From: an uncultured Bifidobacterium sp.
GTDB taxonomy: Bacteria > Verrucomicrobiota > Verrucomicrobiia > Limisphaerales > JADJPG01
Reading direction: 5' to 3'
Assembly (NCBI GenBank): GCA_964491875.1
Contig: CAZBIC010000004.1
Span: 52,669-116,668, forward strand
Length of the DNA stretch: 64,000 nucleotides
Shown here: one piece after another, positions 19,212 to 29,141 of the stretch
How positions within the stretch are numbered: the stretch's first letter is position 1
How the letters are laid out: each line of letters opens with the position of its first letter
Translations under genes and position numbers: made by a program
Notes under the pieces: generated by a model
Databases searched by the model: none
What the model saw: only the letters and a program-made list of their open reading frames with translations
Told to the model about the DNA's origin: nothing

Positions 19212-19622
19212 ATGTGCAAAGTTAACTCTTCCCTGTATTCGCAGAGTCTCCCGGAGCCCCGGCGGGACGCGGGCGGCCAGTCTCACTGGATTCCAAACAC
19301 GGATGTTTACACCTCGGAGGAGGGCTTGGTCGTCAAGGCAGAGCTCGCAGGAATGCGCCGTGAAGACCTGGAGATTTCCGTCGATGGCAACCGACTGCTG
19401 ATCAGCGGGCAGCGCCAGGACGGTTGCCGCAATCCCGGTTGCAAGTTTCTGGTGATGGAGATCGATTACGGCGCGTTTGAGTGTGTGATTGAGATCCCGC
19501 CTGGCTACGATCTGTCGAACGCCAAGGCGTCTTACCAGAACGGTTTCCTCCGCATTGACGTTCCGCCGGCAGCCAAGCCGGTTTCCAAGACCGTTTTCGT
19601 TCACATTTCGGAGACTCAATAA
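19212..19622 (+). CDS. Hsp20/alpha-crystallin family small heat-shock protein
   Basis: ORF 19167..19622 trimmed to ATG 19212. WIPNTDVYTSEEGLVVKAELAGMRREDLEISVDGNRLLISGQR ... GFLRIDVP. Confidence 0.85.
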   Translation: MCKVNSSLYSQSLPEPRRDAGGQSHWIPNTDVYTSEEGLVVKAELAGMRREDLEISVDGNRLLISGQRQDGCRNPGCKFLVMEIDYGAFECVIEIPPGYDLSNAKASYQNGFLRIDVPPAAKPVSKTVFVHISETQ

Positions 19623-19676
19623 TCCTCTCCGAATTCTCCGTGGCCTCGGAGCAACCATACTCAGAACCGCTCATCG

Positions 19677-22082
19677 ATGGGCTCAGATACTGAATTCATT
19701 CGTATACTTGGGTCCGCATCCGACCAAGAAGCCACTGAAACTCCGGCTCCGAAGCCGCCTCCAAAGGCCCTGCCATCGACGCTTCCCGTGCTTGGCCTCT
19801 CGGACATCGTTATTTTTCCCGGGATGGTCGCTCCTCTGCTCGTCGATACCGCGCAAAGCATCCGGCTTATCGATGATGTCGTCGAAGGCGATCGCCTGCT
19901 GGCGTTGGTGCTCCAGAAGAAGCCTGATGTCGAATCACCGCTCCCGGACGACCTTTACCAATATGGTTGCGGGGCGCGGGTGATGAAGATGCTGAAGTTC
20001 CCTGACAACACCGTTCGCGTGTTGGTGGAGGGTCTCTGGCGCGTGCGCATCACCGAATACGAATCCCAGGATCCTTACCTGCGAGCGAAGGTCGAAGTTC
20101 TCAAGGAACTGTCCGTCGATTCAGTGGAAATGACGGCCCTGGCGCGCAACGCACACCGGCAGTTTCAGGAAATCATCAAGCTCAACCCGGCACTCCCGGA
20201 TCAGGTCAAGATTGCCGCGATCAACACCGAGGCCGGCGGCAACCTCACCGACCTCATCGCGGCGAATCTCAATCTCAGCCTGGACGAGCGGCAGAAGTTG
20301 CTGGAGACGACCGATGTCAAAGAGCGGCTGAACCGCCTGCAGCCGCTGCTGAATCGCGAGCTCGAAGTCTCCACGCTCAGTTCCAAGATTCAGAACGACG
20401 TCGCTAGCACGATGGCGAAGAACCAGCGTGATTTCTTTCTGCGCGAACAGATTCGCGCGATTCAGCGTGAGTTGGGCGAAGCGGACCCGGTCGCGACTGA
20501 AGCCAACAACCTGCGGGAGCAGGTCGAAAAGGCCGACTTGCCGGATGAGGTTCGCAAAGTCGCGTTCAAAGAGATCGAACGCCTCTCGCAAATGTCGCCG
20601 GCGGTCGCGGAGTATACGATTACCCGCACCTATCTCGACTGGATCCTCGGTCTCCCTTGGAACAAAACCAGCGAAGACACGATCGACATTGCTGCGGCGG
20701 AGCGGATTCTCGACGAACAACACTTTGGCTTGGAAAAGGTAAAAGAGCGCCTGCTCGACTTCATCGCCGTCATCAAGCTCAAGAAAGACATCAAGGGCCC
20801 GCTCCTGTGCCTCGTCGGCCCTCCCGGCGTCGGCAAGACATCGCTCGGCAAAAGTGTCGCCGACGCGCTTGGCCGCAAGTTCGCCCGTATTGCGCTGGGC
20901 GGCATGCGCGATGAAGCCGAGATTCGTGGCCACCGCCGGACGTACGTCGGCGCCATGCCGGGCCGGATCATTCAGACGCTCCGTCGTGTGGAGACGCGCA
21001 ATCCGGTCATCCTGCTCGACGAGATCGACAAGCTCGGTTCCGATTTTCGCGGCGATCCGTCGTCGGCGTTGTTGGAAGTCCTCGATCCGCAGCAGAATCA
21101 CACCTTCACGGATCATTACCTCGATCTTCCCTTCGATCTGTCACAAGTCCTCTTCATCACCACGGCCAACTGGCTCGATCCGATTCAGGCTGCGCTCCGT
21201 GATCGTCTTGAGGTCATCACGCTGCCGAGTTACACCGCCTTCGAGAAGCTCCAGATCGCGAAGCGATACCTCGTGCCTCGTCAGTTGGAGGAGCACGGTT
21301 TGGCGAAGAAGCGGGTGAAGTTTTCCGACGCCACCCTTCGGCAGTTAATCACTGATTACACGCACGAAGCTGGCGTGCGTCAGCTAGAGCGCGAGATCGG
21401 CACGCTCACCCGGAAGGCGATTCGAAAGATTGTCGGGCGGAACGGCGACGCCGGACCGATTGCCATCGAGTCGAAAGCGTTGCCCGATTATCTCGGCCAG
21501 CCAAAGTTCGTTTCCGAAGCCGCCGAGAAAATCACGGATGCCGGCATCGCAATGGGACTCGCTTGGACTCCGGTTGGTGGCGAGATACTTTTCATTGAAG
21601 CCACACGCATGCCGGGCAACGGGAAGTTGACCCTGACCGGTTCACTCGGCGACGTGATGAAGGAGAGTGCGCAGACGGCGCTCAGTTATCTGCGCAGCAA
21701 TGCGAAGCAGCTGGGCATCGACATGTCCGACTTCGACAAACACGACTTGCACATCCATGTGCCGGCCGGGGCGACGCCGAAGGATGGTCCAAGCGCCGGT
21801 TCAACGATATCTGTTGCGCTGGCGTCCGTGCTGACGCGACGGTTGGTTCGCTCTGATCTCGCGATGACCGGCGAGATCAGCCTGCGCGGGCGAGTGCTGC
21901 GGGTGGGTGGCATCAAGGAGAAGGTGATGGCCGCCGCGCGTTCCGGACTGAAACAGGTCATCCTGCCGGCCCAGAACAAGAGCGATTGGGCGGAAGTGCC
22001 GGACGAGGTTCGCAAGAAGATGAAAGTCCACTTTGTGGAGCACATCTCTGAACTCATCCGGCTCGCACTTCGTCCGAAGTGA
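19677..22082 (+). CDS. lon: ATP-dependent Lon protease
   Basis: 801 aa. LON N-domain, Walker A GPPGVGKTS, Walker B LLDEIDK, and protease active-site region PKDGPSAG. Confidence 0.95.
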   Translation: MGSDTEFIRILGSASDQEATETPAPKPPPKALPSTLPVLGLSDIVIFPGMVAPLLVDTAQSIRLIDDVVEGDRLLALVLQKKPDVESPLPDDLYQYGCGARVMKMLKFPDNTVRVLVEGLWRVRITEYESQDPYLRAKVEVLKELSVDSVEMTALARNAHRQFQEIIKLNPALPDQVKIAAINTEAGGNLTDLIAANLNLSLDERQKLLETTDVKERLNRLQPLLNRELEVSTLSSKIQNDVASTMAKNQRDFFLREQIRAIQRELGEADPVATEANNLREQVEKADLPDEVRKVAFKEIERLSQMSPAVAEYTITRTYLDWILGLPWNKTSEDTIDIAAAERILDEQHFGLEKVKERLLDFIAVIKLKKDIKGPLLCLVGPPGVGKTSLGKSVADALGRKFARIALGGMRDEAEIRGHRRTYVGAMPGRIIQTLRRVETRNPVILLDEIDKLGSDFRGDPSSALLEVLDPQQNHTFTDHYLDLPFDLSQVLFITTANWLDPIQAALRDRLEVITLPSYTAFEKLQIAKRYLVPRQLEEHGLAKKRVKFSDATLRQLITDYTHEAGVRQLEREIGTLTRKAIRKIVGRNGDAGPIAIESKALPDYLGQPKFVSEAAEKITDAGIAMGLAWTPVGGEILFIEATRMPGNGKLTLTGSLGDVMKESAQTALSYLRSNAKQLGIDMSDFDKHDLHIHVPAGATPKDGPSAGSTISVALASVLTRRLVRSDLAMTGEISLRGRVLRVGGIKEKVMAAARSGLKQVILPAQNKSDWAEVPDEVRKKMKVHFVEHISELIRLALRPK

Positions 22083-22086
22083 TACG

Positions 22087-22824
22087 ATGCGCGTCGCCAT
22101 TCTGTTGCTCAGCCTGGTTGCGGTAACTACAGTTCGCTCGGCCGAGAGCAAGTCCGCTGTCACTCCATTGCCACTGCCGGATCCGGATCGTGCCGGGCAG
22201 GAACTGGCGGCCAAGTTGCGCGATGCCATGCCGGAGGCGGATTCGAGTTTCAGCGGCACCTTTCAAATCACCACTTCGGACGATACGATTCGCATCGTTC
22301 CAATCACCTCGACGATCACCGCCACCTCAACGAATTGGACGGTGACGTATCGAGCCACGCCGACGAATGGCGCGTTGCCCGAAGTTCTCACCATCCTTCA
22401 CACACCCGGCCAGCCGAGTCGTTATTCCCACTCGGTGGGAACGGCGCCAGTCCAGCCGGTGAATTTGGCTGCGGCGTTTGCGGGCTCGGATTTCTCGATC
22501 ACGGACCTCGGATTGGAGTTCTTCCACTGGCCCAAGCAGCGCCGCGAGAAACACGAGATGCGGCACAGCCGGAATTGTCATGTGCTCGAAAGCGTCAGCG
22601 GCAATCCCTCGACTTCCGGCTACGCGCGAGTGATGAGCTGGGTGGACATCGAGAGCGGTGGTATTGTCCGCGCCGAGGCCTATGACAAGGCCGGCAAGAA
22701 GGTGAAGGAGTTCAAGGTCGGCCACTTTCGGAAGGTCGATGGACGCTGGCACCTGGAGAGCATGAAGATCTGGACGCCAACCACCGGCCAGGAGACGGAG
22801 TTGAAGTTCGATTTGAACAAGTAG
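22087..22824 (+). CDS. Outer-membrane lipoprotein-sorting (LolA-like) protein
   Basis: ORF 22033..22824 trimmed to ATG 22087 (MRVAILLLSLVAVTTVRSAES signal peptide). C-terminal RVMSWVDIESGGIVRAEAYDKAGKKVKEF...GRWHLESMKIW resembles the LolA-like family. Confidence 0.6.
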   Translation: MRVAILLLSLVAVTTVRSAESKSAVTPLPLPDPDRAGQELAAKLRDAMPEADSSFSGTFQITTSDDTIRIVPITSTITATSTNWTVTYRATPTNGALPEVLTILHTPGQPSRYSHSVGTAPVQPVNLAAAFAGSDFSITDLGLEFFHWPKQRREKHEMRHSRNCHVLESVSGNPSTSGYARVMSWVDIESGGIVRAEAYDKAGKKVKEFKVGHFRKVDGRWHLESMKIWTPTTGQETELKFDLNK

Positions 22825-22888
22825 CCGCCCGCCTGATTTTTCTGCGTGCCGCGTGTGACATCTGCCGGCGAGCGCTGTCGAATCAGTG

Positions 22889-23479
22889 ATGTCAGCCCTG
22901 ATCACCGAAAACCCTGTGGAGCCCGCACCCGAGACATCGAGCGAAACCACCGCCGCGGGACGTGTCCCGCTGGAACCGCCGGAGCTGGAGGCGATCTACG
23001 AGGAGCATTCCCGCCCCGTTTATTATCTCGCCCTCCGCATGCTCGGCGATCCCACTCAGGCCGAGGATGCTACCCACGATGTCTTCCTGAAGGCGTATCG
23101 CAAGCTCGGTGATTTCAAAGGCAACTCCAGCATTCGCACCTGGCTGTATCGCATCACCATCAACCACTGCCAGAACCTCCTTCAAACCTGGCACCGCCGA
23201 AACATCCACGGCACCGATGACGAGGCGGTCTGGGAACGCGCCGCCGGCACCAGCGACAGTCCGTTGCGCGTGCTGGAAACGAAGGAGCTCGGCCAGCGCA
23301 TCCAGAAATCCCTCGACGCCCTTCCGGAAGAATACCGCCTGCTGCTCCTGCTCGTCGCCGACGAGAAGCTGAGCTACGACGAAGTCGGCGCCTTGACCGG
23401 CCAGAGCAGTGACGCCGTGCGCGGCAAACTGCATCGGGCTCGCAAGACCTTTGCCGCCGCCTTCCACCAGACCGCCTGA
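22889..23479 (+). CDS. ECF-type RNA polymerase sigma-70 family factor
   Basis: Region 2 (YYLALRMLGDPTQAEDATHDVFLKAYRKL...WLYRITINHC) and region 4 (LPEEYRLLLLLVADEKLSYDEVGALTGQSSDAVRGKLHRARK). Confidence 0.85.
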   Translation: MSALITENPVEPAPETSSETTAAGRVPLEPPELEAIYEEHSRPVYYLALRMLGDPTQAEDATHDVFLKAYRKLGDFKGNSSIRTWLYRITINHCQNLLQTWHRRNIHGTDDEAVWERAAGTSDSPLRVLETKELGQRIQKSLDALPEEYRLLLLLVADEKLSYDEVGALTGQSSDAVRGKLHRARKTFAAAFHQTA

Positions 23480-23506
23480 CCTCCCACGCCCAACCACAAG
23501 ACCACC

Positions 23507-23737
23507 ATGAACCGACCCACTTCCAAGCTGAATCAGCGCCAGCACGAAGAAACCGTCTCCCAACAACAGAGCGCCCAGGAAACCGTCACGGTCGAATTCG
23601 CCACCGCCGAGGAAATGCTCCGTCACGATGCGGGGCAGGCAGCGGTGCCGCCGGCCGTGGCGGAGCGATTGCAGCGTTCCATCGCGAACGAGCCGAAGCC
23701 ACAACCGTCCTGGTGGCAGCGACTGTTCAAGGGCTGA
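23507..23737 (+). CDS. Small hypothetical protein downstream of the ECF sigma; possible cognate partner
   Basis: 76 aa, with no TM helix and no zf-HC2 Cys/His motif. The position is typical of an anti-sigma, but sequence support is absent. Confidence 0.4.
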   Translation: MNRPTSKLNQRQHEETVSQQQSAQETVTVEFATAEEMLRHDAGQAAVPPAVAERLQRSIANEPKPQPSWWQRLFKG

Positions 23738-23841
23738 TTCCGCGAACGAGTTTGAACTGTGCGGTTGCGAAATGTCCTCCGCCGGGCGACAGATAGCTGA
23801 ACCCGGACGGACGAGTTAGAACATCGACTGGTGGGCCATTG

Positions 23842-25395
23842 ATGACGCCATCCCTCACATCCAGCATTGCTGCGGAGATCGAAACCCTCATTCGCGCCCG
23901 ATATCCGATTCTTTATCTCGTCACCAGCGAGGAGCTGCGCGCCGAGCAAATCATCGCGGAGGTCGCGCAGCGGCGACAGAAGAAGGTCTTCGAGTGGAGC
24001 TGCAGTACGGGCGTCGTGCCGGCCGGAGCGTCCATCCAATCGCAGAAAAGCCGCAATGCCGCGACCCGCGAACCGCTGGCGGCACTGGAGCAGGTCATCG
24101 AACAAATCGAGCCCGCGATTTTTGTCTTCAAGGATTTTCATCCCTTCCTCACGCGGAACAATCATCTCGTGACGCGTCGGCTTAAGGAAATCGCGCTGCA
24201 CTTGAAGAACAGCTTCAAGACCATCGTGATCATTTCGTCGGTGCTGGAGATTCCAGTGGAACTGGAAAAGGAGATCACCGTTCTCACCGTCCCGTTGCCG
24301 TCCCGCGAAGAGCTTGAGTTGTTGCTCGCCAAAATCCTCGATGACGTGAAGCAGTTCAAACACGTCTCCATCGAGCTCGACCCCGCCGGACGCGAGCGTC
24401 TTCTGCAGGCGGCGCTAGGCCTCACGCAGGGCGAGGCGGAGAACGTCTTCGCGAAGATCATTGTGAAGGACCAGCGCCTGAGCGCGGATGACGTAGGCGA
24501 AGTCTTTGCCCAGAAACAGCAGATCATCCGCAAGAGCGGTCTGCTGGATTACTATGCGGCCAGCGAAAGCTTCGACCACATCGGCGGTCTCGCGGTGCTG
24601 AAAGACTGGCTGAACAAACGTGCCGTCGCGTTCAGTTCCGAGGCGCGCGACTTTGGGCTCCCGTCGCCAAAGGGCATCCTGCTCCTCGGTGTCCAAGGCT
24701 GCGGTAAGAGTCTTTGTGCGAAAGCCGTAGCCAGCCACTGGCAGCTGCCGTTGCTCCGCTTCGACATGGGACGGATGTTCGGCAGCCTCGTTGGTTCTTC
24801 TGAGGAGAACGTGCGTCGCGCGATCTCTGTCGCGGAATCCGTCGCGCCGGCGATTCTGTGGGTGGACGAAATCGACAAAGCGTTCGCTGGCTCGCAGAGC
24901 TCCGGCGGCGCGGATGGCGGAACGGCGGCCCGCGTTTTCGGCACGTTCCTCACTTGGCTTTCGGAGAAGAGCGCGCCTGTTTTTGTGGTGGCGACGGCGA
25001 ACGACATCTCGCAGCTGCCGCCCGAACTGCTGAGGAAAGGGCGCTTCGATGAAATCTTCTTCGTTGATCTGCCATCGCCCGAAGAGCGCACGGAAGTCTT
25101 TCGGATTCACCTCGCGAAACGAGGTCGCGATCCGGAGCGTTTCGACATCGCGGCGATGGTGGAGGCGAGCCGGGATTTCAGCGGAGCGGAAGTCGAGGAG
25201 GCCATCATCAGTGCGCTCTACGAGGCGTTCTATGGCCGGGAAGAATTGCAGACGGCGCACGTCTTATCTGTACTGGCCGAGACGGTGCCGCTGGCGCGCA
25301 CGATGGACGAGCAGATCGGCCAGTTGCGATCGTGGGCGGATGGTCGGGCGCGGAACGCCAGCGTGCCGCGTGGCGCGCGGAGTTCGGAATCCTAG
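23842..25395 (+). CDS. AAA+ ATPase (classical AAA clade, single C-terminal AAA module with ~260-aa N-domain)
   Basis: Walker A GVQGCGKS, Walker [12 protein letters not shown], second-region/Arg-finger [31 protein letters not shown] 23842 is 1 codon inside the TTG-started ORF. Confidence 0.85.
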   Translation: MTPSLTSSIAAEIETLIRARYPILYLVTSEELRAEQIIAEVAQRRQKKVFEWSCSTGVVPAGASIQSQKSRNAATREPLAALEQVIEQIEPAIFVFKDFHPFLTRNNHLVTRRLKEIALHLKNSFKTIVIISSVLEIPVELEKEITVLTVPLPSREELELLLAKILDDVKQFKHVSIELDPAGRERLLQAALGLTQGEAENVFAKIIVKDQRLSADDVGEVFAQKQQIIRKSGLLDYYAASESFDHIGGLAVLKDWLNKRAVAFSSEARDFGLPSPKGILLLGVQGCGKSLCAKAVASHWQLPLLRFDMGRMFGSLVGSSEENVRRAISVAESVAPAILWVDEIDKAFAGSQSSGGADGGTAARVFGTFLTWLSEKSAPVFVVATANDISQLPPELLRKGRFDEIFFVDLPSPEERTEVFRIHLAKRGRDPERFDIAAMVEASRDFSGAEVEEAIISALYEAFYGREELQTAHVLSVLAETVPLARTMDEQIGQLRSWADGRARNASVPRGARSSES

Positions 25396-25424
25396 CGGAA
25401 GCTAAAGACGGAAGGAGAACGGTT

Positions 25425-25706
25425 ATGTGGAAGTCCTTTGCAGAACACTTCAAGGAATGTGGTCGCCACAGTGGCGGATTCTTTTTGCTGGGGCTATTAG
25501 GCGCGCCGTTGTGCGCCGCGATGGTATCAATGCTGGGCCCGTGGACAGCGAATCTCCTCTGGGCAACGTGGGCAGTGCTCTTTGCTCATGGATTCGTGAA
25601 GTTCGTCCATCAATGGCGCCACCCGGTGCGCCTCGGAAGATTGCCGCCTTTGTCGCGACACGATTTGCGGGTAGCCCGGTCCAAGCTCATGAAGTGTCGA
25701 AACTAA
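25425..25706 (+). CDS. Small two-TM membrane protein
   Basis: ATG 25425 preceded by GGAAGGAGA. Hydrophobic helices GGFFLLGLLGAPLCAAMVSML and LLWATWAVLFAHGFV. Alternative-frame ORFs in the track lack such features. Confidence 0.5.
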   Translation: MWKSFAEHFKECGRHSGGFFLLGLLGAPLCAAMVSMLGPWTANLLWATWAVLFAHGFVKFVHQWRHPVRLGRLPPLSRHDLRVARSKLMKCRN

Positions 25707-25802
25707 CCCAGACGACCTCCGCCGCATTGGCCGGGCGAATTTTTCGCTCGCGCCCACGGCCCGTTTGGCGTTCCAGTAATCCCACCAGCCGCCAATACTG
25801 CC

Positions 25803-26576
25803 ATGAGCCGCTTCGCCAATCTTGAGTTCAACGACGAATCGAAGGGCCGTTCGCAGCAAACCCCCGTCAATACCGACGCCGACCGTCATAGTGCCGAGGC
25901 GCAAACGGCGTTCGAGCGCGCCGACTTCGAGCAGGCGCTCCGCTCCTACTCCCGGGTGTTGGAGCACAATCCCCAGCATGTGCCGGCATGGACGGGCCAG
26001 GTCCGGGCGTTGATCGAGCTCGGGGAATTTCAGGAAGCCCGCCTCTGGGCGGACAAGGCGCTCGAACGTTTCCCCAGCGATCCCGAACTGCTCGCGGCCA
26101 AAGGCGTCGCGCTCAGTCGCTGCGGCGATCTGGATGACGCGCTGACCTTTTCGGATGCGAGCATCGCGGAACGCGGCGACACGCCCTACGTCTGGCTGGC
26201 GCGCGGCGATGTCCTGCTTGCCCGCGGCGAGAAGCGGGCGGATTACTGTTTCGACAAGGCACTCGGTCTGGCCGCGGCGGATTGGTTCATCGCGTGGCTG
26301 GCGGCGCGCATCCGGGTGTTCTACAAGCAATTCACTCTCGCGCTGAAGTTCGCGCAGCAGGCGCTGGAGCTGAAGCCGGACAACGAGGTGCTCTGGCTTT
26401 GCGCGGGTCGATGCCAGAAGGAACTGGGCTTGATTGGTCCGGCGCGAAACTCGTTTCAACAAGCGCTCCAACTTCACCCGCGCTGGCACGAAGCCGAGCG
26501 TGCCATGAGCAGTCTGGCTGAGACGACGATGGTGCAAAGGCTCGGCGGGTGGTGGAGAAGGCAGACGAAGAACTAG
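25803..26576 (+). CDS. TPR-repeat protein
   Basis: Repeated 34-aa TPR-like units (e.g. FEQALRSYSRVLEHNPQHVPAWTGQVRALIELGEFQEA; LALKFAQQALELKPDNEVLWLCAGRCQKELG). Confidence 0.7.
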   Translation: MSRFANLEFNDESKGRSQQTPVNTDADRHSAEAQTAFERADFEQALRSYSRVLEHNPQHVPAWTGQVRALIELGEFQEARLWADKALERFPSDPELLAAKGVALSRCGDLDDALTFSDASIAERGDTPYVWLARGDVLLARGEKRADYCFDKALGLAAADWFIAWLAARIRVFYKQFTLALKFAQQALELKPDNEVLWLCAGRCQKELGLIGPARNSFQQALQLHPRWHEAERAMSSLAETTMVQRLGGWWRRQTKN

Positions 26577-26633
26577 GAGGCGAGTATTACTACACTGACA
26601 CTCATTCGAGATATCCTGCTCTGGCTTGCGGTA

Positions 26634-26801
26634 ATGTCAGCCGTGGTTGTTGCATTTTGGATTTTCCCACGCTTGTTCCTTGCTCAGTTCTCTCCACTGA
26701 TCTGGCAGAGCGTTAAGCGCCATCCAGTCCTTCATCTCCTTTGGGGAATAACCGGATTTCTGGTATTCTATTTATTCTTCAAAATCCTGATCCCAAAATA
26801 G
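26634..26801 (+). CDS. Possible 55-aa two-TM mini-protein (below the ORF-track length cutoff)
   Basis: Hand translation: MSAVVVAFWIFPRLFLAQFSPLIWQSVKRHPVLHLLWGITGFLVFYLFFKILIPK*. The frame is open from the TPR gene stop (26576). It lies in a visibly AT-richer patch. Confidence 0.3.
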   Translation: MSAVVVAFWIFPRLFLAQFSPLIWQSVKRHPVLHLLWGITGFLVFYLFFKILIPK

Positions 26802-26858
26802 TCCGAAACAAAATGATGACAACTGCTCTAAATGCTGGTCACCCGACACTTTGACTAA

Positions 26859-27920
26859 ATGACCCACACCCCTCTCGACAGCCTTCTCGCCACGGCGCAG
26901 GAATATAATGCGTCGGACCTGCACATTATTGCGGGCGTGCCGCCGGCGTTTCGCGTGAACGGCGAGATCATCCTCGCCGAGAGCGATACGTTGATGGAGT
27001 CAGACGTCGACGAGATGGCGTTTCAGATGTTGAACGAAGCGCAGCGCGACACTTTCGAGCGCGAATGGGAGCTCTGCATTTCCATGCGTCATCCGATGGT
27101 TGGCCGTGTGCGAGTCACGTTTTACAAACGCAACGGTCATCCGGAAATGAGCTTCCGCTTTTGCGGCGAACGCATCGCCACGCGCGAGGAACTCGGTCTG
27201 CCGGCGAAGATCGATGAGCTGGTCCGCCGGCCGAACGGGCTGTTTCTCATCACTGGCCCGACTGGCGCGGGCAAGACCACGACGCTCAATTACCTGGTCG
27301 ATCTCATCAACCGCGAGCGGCGTTGCAAGGTGGTGACGATCGAGGATCCCATCGAGTTCGTGCATCAAAACAATCGCGCGATCGTGGTGCAGCAGGAGGT
27401 GCTCACGGATGTGCATTCGTTCAACCGCGCGCTCATCCACGTGCTCCGCCAGGATCCGGATGTGATCGTCGTCGGTGAAGTGCGCGATGCCGAGGCGATC
27501 TCGACGGTGCTGACCGCGGCGGAAACCGGTCACCTGGTGCTGGCGACGATGCATTCGCCGAACGTGGCGCATGCATTGGAGCGTATCACTGGAATCTTCG
27601 AGGGCAGCGCCCAAAGACAGGTGGTGTTGCAACTCGCGAATTCATTGCAGGGAATCATCGCCCAGGATTTGTTGCCGAGCGCGGACCGGACGCGTCGCGT
27701 GCTCGCATATGAATTGATGATGGCGAACAATGCGGTGCGGAATCTGATTCGCGAAAACCAACTGCACTTTCTGGAGAACACGATGCAGACGGCGGCGAAG
27801 GAAGGCATGATGCTGATGGATAATTGTCTATACGATCTCTACTGCAAGTGCGCCATCAGCTACGACACGGCGATGAGCCGCGCGCGGCATCCGGACCGGA
27901 TCAGCCGCAAGAAGGATTGA
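26859..27920 (+). CDS. pilT: Type IV pilus retraction ATPase PilT
   Basis: Walker A GPTGAGKTTT, Walker B/Asp box VVGEVRD, His box TGHLVLATMHS, and PilT-type AVRNLIRENQ motif. Confidence 0.9.
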   Translation: MTHTPLDSLLATAQEYNASDLHIIAGVPPAFRVNGEIILAESDTLMESDVDEMAFQMLNEAQRDTFEREWELCISMRHPMVGRVRVTFYKRNGHPEMSFRFCGERIATREELGLPAKIDELVRRPNGLFLITGPTGAGKTTTLNYLVDLINRERRCKVVTIEDPIEFVHQNNRAIVVQQEVLTDVHSFNRALIHVLRQDPDVIVVGEVRDAEAISTVLTAAETGHLVLATMHSPNVAHALERITGIFEGSAQRQVVLQLANSLQGIIAQDLLPSADRTRRVLAYELMMANNAVRNLIRENQLHFLENTMQTAAKEGMMLMDNCLYDLYCKCAISYDTAMSRARHPDRISRKKD

Positions 27921-27923
27921 ATC

Positions 27924-29141
27924 ATGGAAATGTCACTGCGCATCGCGTGGGGAGTTTTCGTTTTGCTGGCGGTCGCCACCGTCGTGGCGTGGATTATCTG
28001 GCGATTGCTCAAGAACAGCACGGATCCGGCGGCGCTGCTGTTCCGCTGGGTCATGTCCGTGGTGATACTTGGTGGCGGCTTTTATTTCATCAAATGGATG
28101 ATGGGACCAAACCCGGCAGCGCAGGAGCAGATCGCCGCCGTCCTGGCCGGAGCGGTGATTGGCCTCATCTTCGCGATTCTCTGGCTTCCGGCCATCATCG
28201 AGAAAGTCTCTGAAACCATTGGCACGCTTTTCACCGGTGGAAGTGAGCCTCCACCGCCGGAGCCATTTTACTCGCCGGCCATCGCGATGCGAAAGCAGGG
28301 CAAGTTTCGCGAGGCGACCTACGAAGTGCAGCAGCAGCTCGCGCGGTTTCCGAACGATGTCACCGGGCAGATGATGATGGCCGAGATTCAGGCGACAGAC
28401 CTGAACGATCTGCCGGCGGCCCAGTTGACGATTGAACGTTTGTGCCACCAGTCCGGCCATTCCGCGCCGCAGATTGCGAATGCCTTCAATGCGCTGGCGG
28501 ACTGGCATCTCAAGGCGCTGAACCCGGATGCGGCGCGCATTACCCTGGAGAAGATTATCGCGCGGCTGCCTGGCACCGAGCAGGCGCTTCTGGCCGAGCA
28601 GCGCATCTCGCACCTGGCCAGCAAGGAGGCGTTGCAAGCGGCGCATGAACATCGCCCCATCGAGCTGCGAGCAGGCATCAAGGACATCGGGCTGATGAAG
28701 GATCCGCCGAAGGTTCTCCGTGCAGAGCGGAGTCCCACCGAAGAGGCGGCGGAGTTGGTGAAGAAGTTGGAGTTACATCCTGCTGACAACGACGCGCGCG
28801 AGAAGCTGGCGATGATTTATGCCGAGCATTATCAGCGGCTGGATTTGGCGCTCGATCAGCTGGAGCAGCTGGTGTCCGCTCCGAAACAATCCGGCAAGGA
28901 AGTGGCGCGTTGGCTGAATGTGATGGCGGACCTGCAGCTGAAACTCGGGGCCGACTACGACACGATCCGCGCGACCTTGCAGCGAGTGATTGATTTGTTT
29001 CCCGAGCTGGCGGCGGCGCAGCTGGCCCAGCAGCGCATTGAGTTGCTGCGGCTGGAGCTGAAGGGAAAAGAAAAGAGCCAAGTGGTGAAACTTGGCTCTT
29101 ACGAAAAAGACATCGGGCTGAAGAACCCGCCGCGCGCCTAG
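27924..29141 (+). CDS. Membrane protein with 3 N-terminal TM helices and a TPR-like helical C-terminal domain
   Basis: Starts 3 nt after the pilT stop. TM helices VFVLLAVATVVAWIIW, VMSVVILGGGFYFIKW and VLAGAVIGLIFAILWLPAI, followed by helical repeats. No family recognised. Confidence 0.65.
   Translation: MEMSLRIAWGVFVLLAVATVVAWIIWRLLKNSTDPAALLFRWVMSVVILGGGFYFIKWMMGPNPAAQEQIAAVLAGAVIGLIFAILWLPAIIEKVSETIGTLFTGGSEPPPPEPFYSPAIAMRKQGKFREATYEVQQQLARFPNDVTGQMMMAEIQATDLNDLPAAQLTIERLCHQSGHSAPQIANAFNALADWHLKALNPDAARITLEKIIARLPGTEQALLAEQRISHLASKEALQAAHEHRPIELRAGIKDIGLMKDPPKVLRAERSPTEEAAELVKKLELHPADNDAREKLAMIYAEHYQRLDLALDQLEQLVSAPKQSGKEVARWLNVMADLQLKLGADYDTIRATLQRVIDLFPELAAAQLAQQRIELLRLELKGKEKSQVVKLGSYEKDIGLKNPPRA

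Noticed and set aside
22747-22762. Second sigma54-like match, TGGCACctggaGAGCA, about 125 bp upstream of the ECF sigma gene
   Set aside because: It lies inside the LolA-like coding sequence, and the -12 element is poor (GAGCA versus TTGCA). A similar in-CDS chance match occurs at 28570-28585.
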